IMG/VR virus record: IMGVR_UViG_3300017992_000618
Source: an uncultured virus (IMG/VR IMGVR_UViG_3300017992_000618)
Lineage: Duplodnaviria; Heunggongvirae; Uroviricota; Caudoviricetes
Direction: 5' to 3' (one strand)
Length of the DNA stretch: 20,000 nt
A program made the position numbers and the translations under genes. The number at the start of each line of letters is the position of its first letter. The stretch's first letter is position 1. Below are positions 8,363 through 16,523 of the stretch, one piece after another. Under the pieces are notes generated by a model. The model searched no databases and had not been told where the DNA came from. It saw only the letters and a list, made by a program, of their open reading frames with translations.

Positions 8363-8569
8363 TTATGCACGCGTGGTTAATGGAACAGCTGATTTAATTG
8401 GGTGTTTTATGTCTGCGAATACTACAGGGTCTTTACTGCACCATGAGTCTTCGGCAATAACCTTATGCACTGCTTCAGCAATATTTTCATACTGTCTGGA
8501 TACCATTCTAGATGTACCATGTAGGTTATAGCTGTTTATGGAAAAACATTTCGTTGGTTCGAAGTACAC
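8363..8569 (-). CDS. Possible small hypothetical protein
   Basis: GTG start next to the upstream stop, GAGGT SD; may instead be intergenic. Confidence 0.4.
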   Translation of the reverse strand: MYFEPTKCFSINSYNLHGTSRMVSRQYENIAEAVHKVIAEDSWCSKDPVVFADIKHPIKSAVPLTTRA

Positions 8570-8570
8570 T

Positions 8571-8771
8571 TTACACCTCGTAAATTAATGTATAATTGAC
8601 TGCATATTTATCCCTGTCGACAGTTACGGCTATGAGCTCTATATTGCCTAATTTAGCCAAGGCTTTGTCAAATTCACGTTCCCTATATCCAGCATCAATA
8701 AAGCGCTTTGTATCGCTTTTTTCGACGTCTGGCTCGCTCTCAGCTATCGATATAACCTTACATCCAATCAT
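8571..8771 (-). CDS. Hypothetical protein (66 aa)
   Basis: GGAGG SD; tiles with neighbours. Confidence 0.7.
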   Translation of the reverse strand: MIGCKVISIAESEPDVEKSDTKRFIDAGYREREFDKALAKLGNIELIAVTVDRDKYAVNYTLIYEV

Positions 8772-8780
8772 CTTTACCTC

Positions 8781-8993
8781 CTAATCACATGAATGCCACC
8801 GAGTCATGCGACATACCCATTCCCCACCTTCTTTCCTTTTATAGGCGGTTCGGGTGTTATACCCAAAAGGGTGGTATTGACGTAGATAGTCTTTCTGTTT
8901 GGCGTCAACCTCTTCTTTTGTGCCATAAAACATAGCATAGCACTCGGCATCTGTATGACCAGATGAAATAACATCTTTATTCATTATTTTCAC
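8781..8993 (-). CDS. Hypothetical protein (70 aa)
   Basis: Tiles with neighbours; AGGTGA SD. Confidence 0.7.
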   Translation of the reverse strand: MKIMNKDVISSGHTDAECYAMFYGTKEEVDAKQKDYLRQYHPFGYNTRTAYKRKEGGEWVCRMTRWHSCD

Positions 8994-9348
8994 CTGCTTT
9001 CAAGAGCCTATAAACCTTCCCACCGACCTTCTTCCTATCAACTCCAGCAAAGAGTTCGATGATCTCATTTTTACTCAATTCAACACGTTCGCCGGTGAGA
9101 ACCTCGATAACACGTGCACAGATCTCGTCCCTGAGCTCATGGTTCATTTCACTCCAGCTAATACAGTGAAACAAAGACAGTCTTTCACGCTCCTCTTCGG
9201 GTATCTCGACACCCATAACCTTGGCCTGTCTGTCGAAATCACAAATGTTGAAATGACCGCCGACACGGAACATTTTGTGAAGTGACTGCATTACGGCTGC
9301 TTTGCTGAAATCATTGTCAGTCATCCGTTTTTCCCTTTTCCCAAACAT
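8977..9348 (-). CDS. Hypothetical protein (123 aa) directly downstream of pncB
   Basis: Starts 1 nt after the pncB stop; AGGAG SD. Confidence 0.75.
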   Translation of the reverse strand: MFGKREKRMTDNDFSKAAVMQSLHKMFRVGGHFNICDFDRQAKVMGVEIPEEERERLSLFHCISWSEMNHELRDEICARVIEVLTGERVELSKNEIIELFAGVDRKKVGGKVYRLLKAGENNE

Positions 9349-9349
9349 T

Positions 9350-10549
9350 TTATACTCTCCTTTCTACTTTATTGGTTATAACACCTTTAAGATAGTCCAA
9401 AAAGCTTTCATCCTTGCACATACCCTTTCCAGGACTGTCTGAAATTTTGGCTGTTGGGTTGCCATTCACTTTGGTGTTTTTGATAACGATTTGTGGTGCT
9501 CTAAACCCACAATCATTGGTTAGATAAGTTCCAATACCAAAAGATGTTTGAATACGACCACAGAACATCTCATAGAGCGCTACAGCGGTGTCGAAGGTAA
9601 GACCATCACTGAATACCGCAGTTTTGGTCTTCGGGTCTATACGAAGATGTCTATAGTGGTGTATTAACTTATCACACCAAACAATGGGATTTCCTGAATC
9701 ATGACGACAACCATCGAACAATAATGCAAAATATCGGTCAAAATCGACCAAAAATGCATCAAATCCCAATGTATCTGACAAAGCTATCCCCAATTCACCT
9801 CTATATTCATCTGCCCAGGCCTGGAGGGCAGCTGACTGACTATCAACCAATCTGGGACCTAATTGTTGATGAATTTGGACCCATAAGTGTGCCATTGTGC
9901 CGATATAGTTGATTCCGTACTTTTTGGCGAAATATACGTTACTAGTACCGGTTAATCGATGTGGACACCTTTCCAGAATGGTCTTTAAGATGAAATCATG
10001 CCATTCGAATCCCGCACGTCGCCTAGTACCGAAATCCGCAAATTTGAAGTCCATATCTCGATGAAGTTGACTCTCTATGAAGTCCAATTTTGCATTTAGG
10101 AGTTCTTTGCCCTTTTGTTGCCAATTGAAGGCAATTTCACCACAATTTTTGGTATAAAGCTCACTAATCATGGCTAAAAGGGGCTCTTCAAAGCAAATTA
10201 GATTTAAAAGCGGACCTCGAATTCTAATTGCAAGCATACCATCCTCATTTGAGATACGAACATGCCCGCGATTGAGTTTAAAGAGCCTTAGATACTCTAC
10301 AAAGTCCGGCTTCATGAAAGGGATGTCATAGAGGTATGCAAGCTCATCAGTGGTGAATTGCAATTCACACAGAGCGTTTACATGCTTTTTCAAGCGGCCT
10401 ATGAAGTCATCCATCGAGATTTTCAGGTTCATCAGATCCCAATTTCGCCACTTGAACTCAAACTCCGCCTCTGCAGCAGTATATCTGTGAAAAATACCCT
10501 GCATCATAGTAAAAGTGTAAAAATCAGTGTCCAGAAGACTCTTGATCAT
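9350..10549 (-). CDS. pncB: Nicotinate phosphoribosyltransferase
   Basis: SLLDTDFY, FADFGTRRR, GTSNV, GTMAH (phospho-His), LSDT, RHDSG, VFSDGL, FGIGTYLTND and KISDSPGK are E. coli PncB-type motifs. ATG 10549 with AGGTGA SD (ORF track uses GTG 10558). Confidence 0.95.
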   Translation of the reverse strand: MIKSLLDTDFYTFTMMQGIFHRYTAAEAEFEFKWRNWDLMNLKISMDDFIGRLKKHVNALCELQFTTDELAYLYDIPFMKPDFVEYLRLFKLNRGHVRISNEDGMLAIRIRGPLLNLICFEEPLLAMISELYTKNCGEIAFNWQQKGKELLNAKLDFIESQLHRDMDFKFADFGTRRRAGFEWHDFILKTILERCPHRLTGTSNVYFAKKYGINYIGTMAHLWVQIHQQLGPRLVDSQSAALQAWADEYRGELGIALSDTLGFDAFLVDFDRYFALLFDGCRHDSGNPIVWCDKLIHHYRHLRIDPKTKTAVFSDGLTFDTAVALYEMFCGRIQTSFGIGTYLTNDCGFRAPQIVIKNTKVNGNPTAKISDSPGKGMCKDESFLDYLKGVITNKVERRV

Positions 10550-10550
10550 T

Positions 10551-11108
10551 TTATTCACCTATGATTTTAACTCCGTAGAGGTTTTCCATCCTCTTGAGAG
10601 ACATTTCATGCATTTCAGGGTCAAAATCCGCAATACAACCCCTATCCACTACGATATCGTAGTCCCGATTTGCCAGACCGCCCACAGTGTCCATAACACA
10701 GATACTGCTGCAAACACCGACGACTTCAAAGGACATGAAACTGGCCTTCATCGCTTGGATAACATAGTTTAGTGTAGTATTATAGAAACCACTGTATCTG
10801 GTCTTTTCGATAACCATCTCATTGTTGGATGAATGTATCAAAGCAGGATTCAGCTCTTCTATGATGCGAGCACCCCAAGTATCCTTTACGCAGTGTGGCG
10901 GAAAGCGTTTGAATTCCTCATCATCTGGTGCATGAGCATCACAGAGGTATATGATGATGGCTTTATCCTGGCGATAGGTCGCTATCTTTTTCATGATATT
11001 GGGAATGATGGGTTTGGCATAATACTCGCCGGTGATGATGGATTTTGCCAGAATACCATCTTCATGACAAAAATCATTTAACATGTCTACTACGATTAAT
11101 ACTTTCAT
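10551..11108 (-). CDS. pncA: Nicotinamidase / pyrazinamidase (isochorismatase family)
   Basis: VDMLNDF (catalytic Asp), DAH and PPHCV (metal ligands), IEKTRYSGF (Lys) and GVCSSICV (Cys); adjacent to pncB. Confidence 0.9.
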   Translation of the reverse strand: MKVLIVVDMLNDFCHEDGILAKSIITGEYYAKPIIPNIMKKIATYRQDKAIIIYLCDAHAPDDEEFKRFPPHCVKDTWGARIIEELNPALIHSSNNEMVIEKTRYSGFYNTTLNYVIQAMKASFMSFEVVGVCSSICVMDTVGGLANRDYDIVVDRGCIADFDPEMHEMSLKRMENLYGVKIIGE

Positions 11109-11561
11109 CTAGATTCCTCCATAGTAGAACATCTCTTTTAAGAAATGCTTTATTTCAGGTGTGTAGATTATATACTGTGTTTTTATATCACGAAAAAACT
11201 CTTCGTAGATTGCAGAATCATCTATCATTATATTAATACCTGCTGTAGCACACAGCATGGCTTTTGTTGGGTTCCATATTCTTGGATCCATCATTGGTTG
11301 TGATTTTCGGCCATTAAGATAGGCAATAGGCGTTCCGATGCCCTTTTGATAAGTAGTAATAGATAATATACCATTATATAGTTTACCACCTTCGTTTTCC
11401 ATTCCTAAAAGAGATAATTCCTTATTAAGACCGGAGCACTCTTCGCGCCCTGTCACTATATACACTTCATTTTCATTTTCGAGCATAAGGGCACTGAGGT
11501 CAGTGAAAAACTTTGGATCTTCGTCAACCACACCATGTAGATCCAGACCTATTCTTATCAT
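11109..11561 (-). CDS. HAD-superfamily phosphatase (capless, nucleotidase-like)
   Basis: Motif I IGLDLHGV (DxH variant), motif II YIVTGR, motif III K (PTKA) and motif IV MIDDS. Confidence 0.75.
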   Translation of the reverse strand: MIRIGLDLHGVVDEDPKFFTDLSALMLENENEVYIVTGREECSGLNKELSLLGMENEGGKLYNGILSITTYQKGIGTPIAYLNGRKSQPMMDPRIWNPTKAMLCATAGINIMIDDSAIYEEFFRDIKTQYIIYTPEIKHFLKEMFYYGGI

Positions 11562-11755
11562 GTTGCCTCCTGTATATAATCCTCCGTGAGTCCATTGTAC
11601 TTATACTCACATGTGGTACAGGCACCTTCTTCGAATTGATCGTATGTACCATACATCTTGGCTACTACATTGCCATTATGGCACCTGGGACACTCATATT
11701 CGAATTTACCTAGATCTTTGAAGCTGGGGAATATATTTCTCAGCCATCTGAACAT
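11558..11755 (-). CDS. Small zinc-ribbon protein
   Basis: CPRC...CTTC; GGAGG SD; ATGA overlap with the HAD gene. Confidence 0.7.
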   Translation of the reverse strand: MFRWLRNIFPSFKDLGKFEYECPRCHNGNVVAKMYGTYDQFEEGACTTCEYKYNGLTEDYIQEAT

Positions 11756-11765
11756 ATTACACCTC

Positions 11766-12824
11766 CTAATAACGACTTTTATAGTTTCGGTCTCCTAGGA
11801 GCATATCTGAGATAGACATAGCTCTTTGAAGACGTACATCGTATTCAGGATCGTCGATTTCGATGATTTTATCCTTAAATCCCCTATCATAGTACATATA
11901 CAGCAACTTCTGGTGTAGCCGTTTCCGCATGCCGTCTGTGCCCTTAAGCCTCAGTCCATCAGGCACCCATTTTACCGTAGGGGCTAGAAAAAGCACTACG
12001 TCATATTTTTGAGGGTCAACAAACGCCTCTAATTTAGGATTAGGCTGTCCCATATACAATTCACAGTAATATTGGGTAATAACAGCATCAGAATCAAAGA
12101 ATGCAATTCTATTTGCGGTTCTAAGCGCATTTTCATCCCACTCACGTTGTTTTATAGCAATTTTCTCGAAGTCCTCGATAGAAAAGAGATCTTCGTTGCC
12201 TCCCAAACAATCTCGGGAGTAGTAGCGTCCGTATTCTTCGGCCCATGATGTATGGAAGATCTTTCCAAGGTATTTAACCAAGGTTGTCTTACCACAGCTT
12301 TCTGTACCAGCAATTAAGACCCTTCTAGCAAAAAGAGGTCTCGCTGGACCAAGAATATAGTCCCAATGTTCCAGATAGTTATGCCGAATCTCAGTACCGC
12401 TTATCGGATAACGACTTCTGGCGTAATCGAAGACATCATACTTAACACCAGGCATAAATTTCATGTAGGTGTGTTGATATTCCTCTTCTCCCCCGAAAAT
12501 AACGTCGAGTTGTTCAGGGATAGCGTTTCTGAGCATTTCACACCACTTTTCACTACCATCTGGATATTCTGGAATACCAGTTTCATCCAGAGTAATTACT
12601 TTGATGTGGCTAATGTTTTGTAGCTCCAATGACATCCAAAGAGCTCGGGTTTTGATAGGAACATAAGGCAGGTTATCTTTACGACACTTGTCGAGGGCGA
12701 TATCCTCATTATCCGATACTACCACATACAGTTTTTCGCATAATGTGGCAGCACGGATAATTTGGTAGATATGTCCTCGGTGCGGCAAAAAGAATTTACC
12801 TGGTACTGCACCGATTTTATACAT
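11766..12824 (-). CDS. nadR: NadR-type bifunctional NMN adenylyltransferase / nicotinamide riboside kinase, lacking the HTH domain
   Basis: GKFFLPHRGH (HxGH), ISGTEIR, Walker A GTESCGKTT, EYGRYY, DSDAVIT and WVPDGLR. Start reset to ATG 12824 with GGAGG SD. Confidence 0.93.
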   Translation of the reverse strand: MYKIGAVPGKFFLPHRGHIYQIIRAATLCEKLYVVVSDNEDIALDKCRKDNLPYVPIKTRALWMSLELQNISHIKVITLDETGIPEYPDGSEKWCEMLRNAIPEQLDVIFGGEEEYQHTYMKFMPGVKYDVFDYARSRYPISGTEIRHNYLEHWDYILGPARPLFARRVLIAGTESCGKTTLVKYLGKIFHTSWAEEYGRYYSRDCLGGNEDLFSIEDFEKIAIKQREWDENALRTANRIAFFDSDAVITQYYCELYMGQPNPKLEAFVDPQKYDVVLFLAPTVKWVPDGLRLKGTDGMRKRLHQKLLYMYYDRGFKDKIIEIDDPEYDVRLQRAMSISDMLLGDRNYKSRY

Positions 12825-12825
12825 A

Positions 12826-13008
12826 TTAATCCTCCAACTTGTATTCACGAACTATCCATTTAAGGGCAAAGAGCCTCCGTTTCCACCAAGGTATTTCCGC
12901 ATTTGTTTTGTCTGCGACGCTTTGCGCTCTCTCCCTAGTCCTGAACAATACTTCATGAATTGTTTGTAAACTTTGGCTAGTCCAAACGAGGGCATATATC
13001 TTTTCCAT
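12826..13008 (-). CDS. Hypothetical protein (60 aa)
   Basis: GGAGG SD; tiles between the zinc-finger ORF and nadR. Confidence 0.65.
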   Translation of the reverse strand: MEKIYALVWTSQSLQTIHEVLFRTRERAQSVADKTNAEIPWWKRRLFALKWIVREYKLED

Positions 13009-13009
13009 A

Positions 13010-13309
13010 CTAATCCTCCCACTGTTTTTTCCACGGCAAAGCTACTCCTGCTTCGATGCCACGTGCTTTGCGAATAGCGTTTAAATCCTCTATAGTAAGT
13101 TCTAAATCTACACCCTCTTCATAAGGATAACTCGCATTACATTGTGGGCAGTTATTATTACCATAGCCTTCCCAGCCATGAGGATTGAGGAATGTCGGTT
13201 CACCATCAGAACAATAGTACATACCCATGTGGGCTCCACATAGAATACAGTATGGCCCCTCTTCCTCGTACTTCAAACCATCAATCTCTTTGAATTTACC
13301 AGTTCCCAT
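13010..13309 (-). CDS. Zinc-finger-like hypothetical protein
   Basis: CILC...CPQC; AGGAGG SD. Confidence 0.7.
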   Translation of the reverse strand: MGTGKFKEIDGLKYEEEGPYCILCGAHMGMYYCSDGEPTFLNPHGWEGYGNNNCPQCNASYPYEEGVDLELTIEDLNAIRKARGIEAGVALPWKKQWED

Positions 13310-13317
13310 GTGGCCTC

Positions 13318-14061
13318 CTAATGCAGTACGTTTTGTTGCGGATAGTGATTATCGATGCAATGTTGTTCCTGATACATCTTAATCCACACGATAAACCCAT
13401 AAACAGCATTTATCAGATAAGCGGACCACATAACGAGCATGGCAATATCTCTAGCGCCATTTTCGCCGATGATCAACCACCACATAGCGATAGAAACCAC
13501 ATCTACAACAATCCAGAGAATCCATTGCTCCATAAAGCGCCAAGCCATTAGAACCATTGCTATAACGGACAAAACGGTCGATGCAGAATCTAGAAGAGGT
13601 AGCGGATCTCCCATTCTTTGTAGAATGAAGGCGTATGTTATCACAGCACACCCTGATAGAAAACCCCACATAATTCGTTGACCAGCGGTCATAAATTTAA
13701 CTTTGACCGTGTCAATCGCGTTAGGCTCCTTATTATTCATCCAAATGTAGAGACCTACGAATTGCATTGGTAGGAAGTAACCGGCGTTGAGCATGACTTC
13801 ACCATATAACTGATATTGGTAAGCTATCCATGAATAACCGACTACGTTAATAATACCAACATAATAATTAAAGATACGTCCTTTTGCTACCAAAATTACA
13901 CACCAGAGACCTGTCAGACAGGTTATTACGCTGATTACTGTGTTCCAATCACCAGCTCCCCAGTGAGCCCCCAACCAGATAGCGACGATCGAGGCTGTTA
14001 ACGTCCACGTCCAATCCCAAAGATTCCAATCTTCGAAATATCTTGCCAGATAATCAAACAT
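13318..14061 (-). CDS. pnuC: Nicotinamide riboside transporter PnuC
   Basis: Multiple TM segments; GLWCVILVAKG..NY..G, LYGE...YF, LDS...LSVIAM.LM and EQWILWIVVDVVS (WxxW motif); next to nadR. Confidence 0.92.
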   Translation of the reverse strand: MFDYLARYFEDWNLWDWTWTLTASIVAIWLGAHWGAGDWNTVISVITCLTGLWCVILVAKGRIFNYYVGIINVVGYSWIAYQYQLYGEVMLNAGYFLPMQFVGLYIWMNNKEPNAIDTVKVKFMTAGQRIMWGFLSGCAVITYAFILQRMGDPLPLLDSASTVLSVIAMVLMAWRFMEQWILWIVVDVVSIAMWWLIIGENGARDIAMLVMWSAYLINAVYGFIVWIKMYQEQHCIDNHYPQQNVLH

Positions 14062-14093
14062 ACGTCTTCTCCTTGCTAAGGGTTAATAAACTA

Positions 14094-14113
14094 TCCTCCT
14101 ATTAGTAGGGGGA
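14094..14113 (+). promoter_or_regulatory. Hairpin sequestering the SD of the HNH gene
   Basis: TCCTCCTA-TTAG-TAGGGGGA forms an 8-bp stem (one G-U). The 3' arm contains AGGGGG and ends 7 nt before ATG 14121. Confidence 0.55.
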
Positions 14114-14120
14114 CAAACAT

Positions 14121-14678
14121 ATGGGAAAATTTAGTATTACAGGAACTTATGTGTATAGGAATTGTAAATATTGTGGTCATAAAACTAATTCATGTTCTTT
14201 GTCAAAACACGAAAAACATTGTTATCTCAATCCAGATAACAAGAAGCTATGTCCGGTTTGTGACGAACCAATAAAGAATTGGAAAACTAGTACTACATGC
14301 TCTTATGGTTGTGCGAATACATATTTTAGGTCTGGTAAGGATAATCCAAATTATGGAAATATAACTAATCCTAATAGCAGCTACACTATTAGAAAAACAT
14401 GCTTTGAGCACCACAAGAGGGAGTGTGTTATTTGTGGTGAAAAGCGTGTAGTTGCTGTTCATCATTTAGACAATAACAATAAAAACAATGATCCTTCAAA
14501 TCTAATACCCTTATGTCCCACCCACCACACATATTGGCACAGCGGTTACAGACATTTAATAGAAGATAAGATATTAAATTATATGGAAAAATGGCGTTCG
14601 GAGTGGCAGGAGTCGAACCTGCGAACCTCGCGGACCCAAACCGCGCGCTCTACCAGACTGAGCTACACTCCGGTATAA
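14121..14678 (+). CDS. Free-standing HNH homing endonuclease with zinc fingers
   Basis: CKYC...HEKHC, CPVC...CSYGC, GKDNPNY (NUMOD3-like) and CVIC...VHHLDNNNKNNDPSNLIPLCPTHH (HNH). The only credible plus-strand gene; AT-rich. Confidence 0.88.
   Translation: MGKFSITGTYVYRNCKYCGHKTNSCSLSKHEKHCYLNPDNKKLCPVCDEPIKNWKTSTTCSYGCANTYFRSGKDNPNYGNITNPNSSYTIRKTCFEHHKRECVICGEKRVVAVHHLDNNNKNNDPSNLIPLCPTHHTYWHSGYRHLIEDKILNYMEKWRSEWQESNLRTSRTQTARSTRLSYTPV
14598..14672 (-). tRNA. tRNA-Pro (TGG), CCA not directly encoded
   Basis: CGGAGTG-TA-GCTC-AGTCTGGTA-GAGC-G-CGCGG-TTTGGGT-CCGCG-AGGTTC-GCAGG-TTCGACT-CCTGC-CACTCCG-A; all stems pair. Confidence 0.95.
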
Positions 14679-14860
14679 TGATAAGTTATTCTCCTGACGA
14701 CATCATCGTGTTTAACGACTCTGCATTTATCCATGGGTTCCCAAACCCCATTACTCAATGCCAGTCTCTTATTTGCCTCGTCAATCCGTCTTATTACAAA
14801 CGCTTCATCACCTTCACCGGCGACAATAACGAATTTACCTTCTTCGAATTGTTCTAGCAT
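14663..14860 (-). CDS. Hypothetical protein (65 aa)
   Basis: ATG 14860 with GAGGGG SD (the ORF track start at 15004 overlaps the phosphoesterase). Its stop TAG lies inside tRNA-Pro. Confidence 0.6.
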   Translation of the reverse strand: MLEQFEEGKFVIVAGEGDEAFVIRRIDEANKRLALSNGVWEPMDKCRVVKHDDVVRRITYHYTGV

Positions 14861-15662
14861 AAGTCCCCTCAATGTCGTCCAAGTCAAATTCACAGTAAAC
14901 CAATTCATTAATCCCGTTTTGCCCTGGCTGAATCGAAATTGAGCCCTCGATGAGCGACCCCATACTTTTCCCAGACATAAATGGACTTTCATGAATATGA
15001 CCATGTAATGTAAGTTTAATCTTGTTTTCTAAGATGTGGTCAGTTACTGCACGAGAACCAACTTCTTCCATAGTAGAACAAACATCAAAACCAAGCATTC
15101 TTGGTGGACTATGTGCTAATAACACGTCTGGAGTACCAAGAGTGCGTAATGCTGTTTGTATACTAGTATTACTACTAAGATAGCCGTTGAAATCAGCAAT
15201 ATTTTCGTATCCATCTTTAGTGGACAGTACAGGCGGTCCAAATTGCATAATATTGGAGTCAAAAGGATCGTCATCACTACGATCCAGTCTAACCCAATCT
15301 TTTAATCCAAACGGATAATCTGGAACAAAATGTACGCCAGCAAACCATACCCCACCAATATCAAAATAACGCCTATGGCTATAATATACATCTGGTGTCC
15401 TATCTACTAAATCCTTAAATACATTATAGAGTGCTTTATGATCGTCATTACCGAAATCGATGATTATAGGTACTTCTATAGCTTTGAAGAACCTTGGCAG
15501 GAACTTTGTAAGAAAACCGAACTGTTGTTTGTGTATATTTTGCTGATTTTTGGGTAGAATATCAGCGCCGATGATCATTAGATCACAGTCTTTTTTAATT
15601 TCCATAAGACGCTCGAATTTCCACTTAATTCCATGCAAATCTGTTGCATATAATATCTTCAT
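14835..15662 (-). CDS. Calcineurin-like metallophosphoesterase (Icc-related)
   Basis: ATDLHG, IGADI, FGNDD, LAHSPP and LHGHIHE. Confidence 0.9.
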   Translation of the reverse strand: MKILYATDLHGIKWKFERLMEIKKDCDLMIIGADILPKNQQNIHKQQFGFLTKFLPRFFKAIEVPIIIDFGNDDHKALYNVFKDLVDRTPDVYYSHRRYFDIGGVWFAGVHFVPDYPFGLKDWVRLDRSDDDPFDSNIMQFGPPVLSTKDGYENIADFNGYLSSNTSIQTALRTLGTPDVLLAHSPPRMLGFDVCSTMEEVGSRAVTDHILENKIKLTLHGHIHESPFMSGKSMGSLIEGSISIQPGQNGINELVYCEFDLDDIEGTYARTIRRR

Positions 15663-15673
15663 AGGTACCTCGA

Positions 15674-15862
15674 TTAGAAGAACATACTTTCCATATCTTC
15701 TTCATAGAATTTACACAAATAATACCATCTATCTGGGGGATATTGCTCTAAAAGCTCATTAAAATAGTCAAATGCGTCCTGCTCTGTCTTACAATCAAGC
15801 TTTTTAGAGAAAGATTCAATTACACCGTCTTTTGGGTATGAAATGTCGAATACGTACATCAT
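15674..15862 (-). CDS. Hypothetical protein (~62 aa)
   Basis: Start reset to MMYVFD with AGGTGA SD. Confidence 0.6.
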   Translation of the reverse strand: MMYVFDISYPKDGVIESFSKKLDCKTEQDAFDYFNELLEQYPPDRWYYLCKFYEEDMESMFF

Positions 15863-15870
15863 AATATCAC

Positions 15871-16059
15871 CTAGTCCATCAAAGATACAATTATTGACAA
15901 TATACCGGCAAAGGATGTGCATGTAAGTGCTATTCCATACCATGTCCTTACCCATTCTGGTGGTGCAGTGTGTGACGCCCAGATTGCTGCAGCACCGATT
16001 AGACCTATCAGACCTATCATAAATGATAATGCTCTTTTCAACGCTTCTTTATCAGCCAT
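15871..16059 (-). CDS. Small membrane protein with two TM segments
   Basis: MADKEALKRALSFMIGLIGLIGAAAIW...WYGIALTCTSFAGILSIIVSLMD; GGAGG SD. Confidence 0.7.
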   Translation of the reverse strand: MADKEALKRALSFMIGLIGLIGAAAIWASHTAPPEWVRTWYGIALTCTSFAGILSIIVSLMD

Positions 16060-16243
16060 CTGTGACCTCCACTGTTGCAGCACAAACCTTACATGCTGAA
16101 AGGATAGGCTTTTGACAATTGGTGTAGATAAACCAGAATTCAAAATCTTTAGGAATTTCATGACCACATATATCACACCATCTATCACCTATCTTCTCTG
16201 CGGTCTTCCTTTTCTTGTATACTTCCAGTTTGAATTTTGACAT
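16052..16243 (-). CDS. Small zinc-finger protein
   Basis: CDIC...CKVC. Confidence 0.65.
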   Translation of the reverse strand: MSKFKLEVYKKRKTAEKIGDRWCDICGHEIPKDFEFWFIYTNCQKPILSACKVCAATVEVTDG

Positions 16244-16523
16244 TGGCCCGATTATCCCTCTTTGCTTTTGCTATCTTACTGTTTCGTGTAAGTCTTCTTT
16301 CCATTTCTTCCATTGAAACAGTAGATGTGATAATATATGCAATTTCTTTCAATCTGCAGCCTTTTCGAACATATTTGTCGAATAAGGGCTTTAATACTTT
16401 GGCGGCTTCAATATCCAACGCTAGTGCGTCGTCATTATATGTGCCGTATTCTTCATGAAATAAGTCCATTATGGATTCCACCTTTTTTGCCACGCTTTGA
16501 GTGAACGCTGGCATACTGGGCAT
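16185..16523 (-). CDS. Hypothetical protein
   Basis: 112 aa ORF overlapping both neighbours; start uncertain. Confidence 0.6.
   Translation of the reverse strand: MPSMPAFTQSVAKKVESIMDLFHEEYGTYNDDALALDIEAAKVLKPLFDKYVRKGCRLKEIAYIITSTVSMEEMERRLTRNSKIAKAKRDNRANVKIQTGSIQEKEDRREDR

Noticed and set aside
9350..10549. Calling the phosphoribosyltransferase NadV/Nampt (NARP2)
   Set aside because: Its motifs (GTMAH, FGTRRR, KISDSPGK) and adjacency to a nicotinamidase match PncB rather than NadV.
11575..13020. Recurring TAATCCTCC at ~11578, ~12827 and ~13011
   Set aside because: It is simply the GGAGGATTA Shine-Dalgarno context at gene junctions, not a repeat element.
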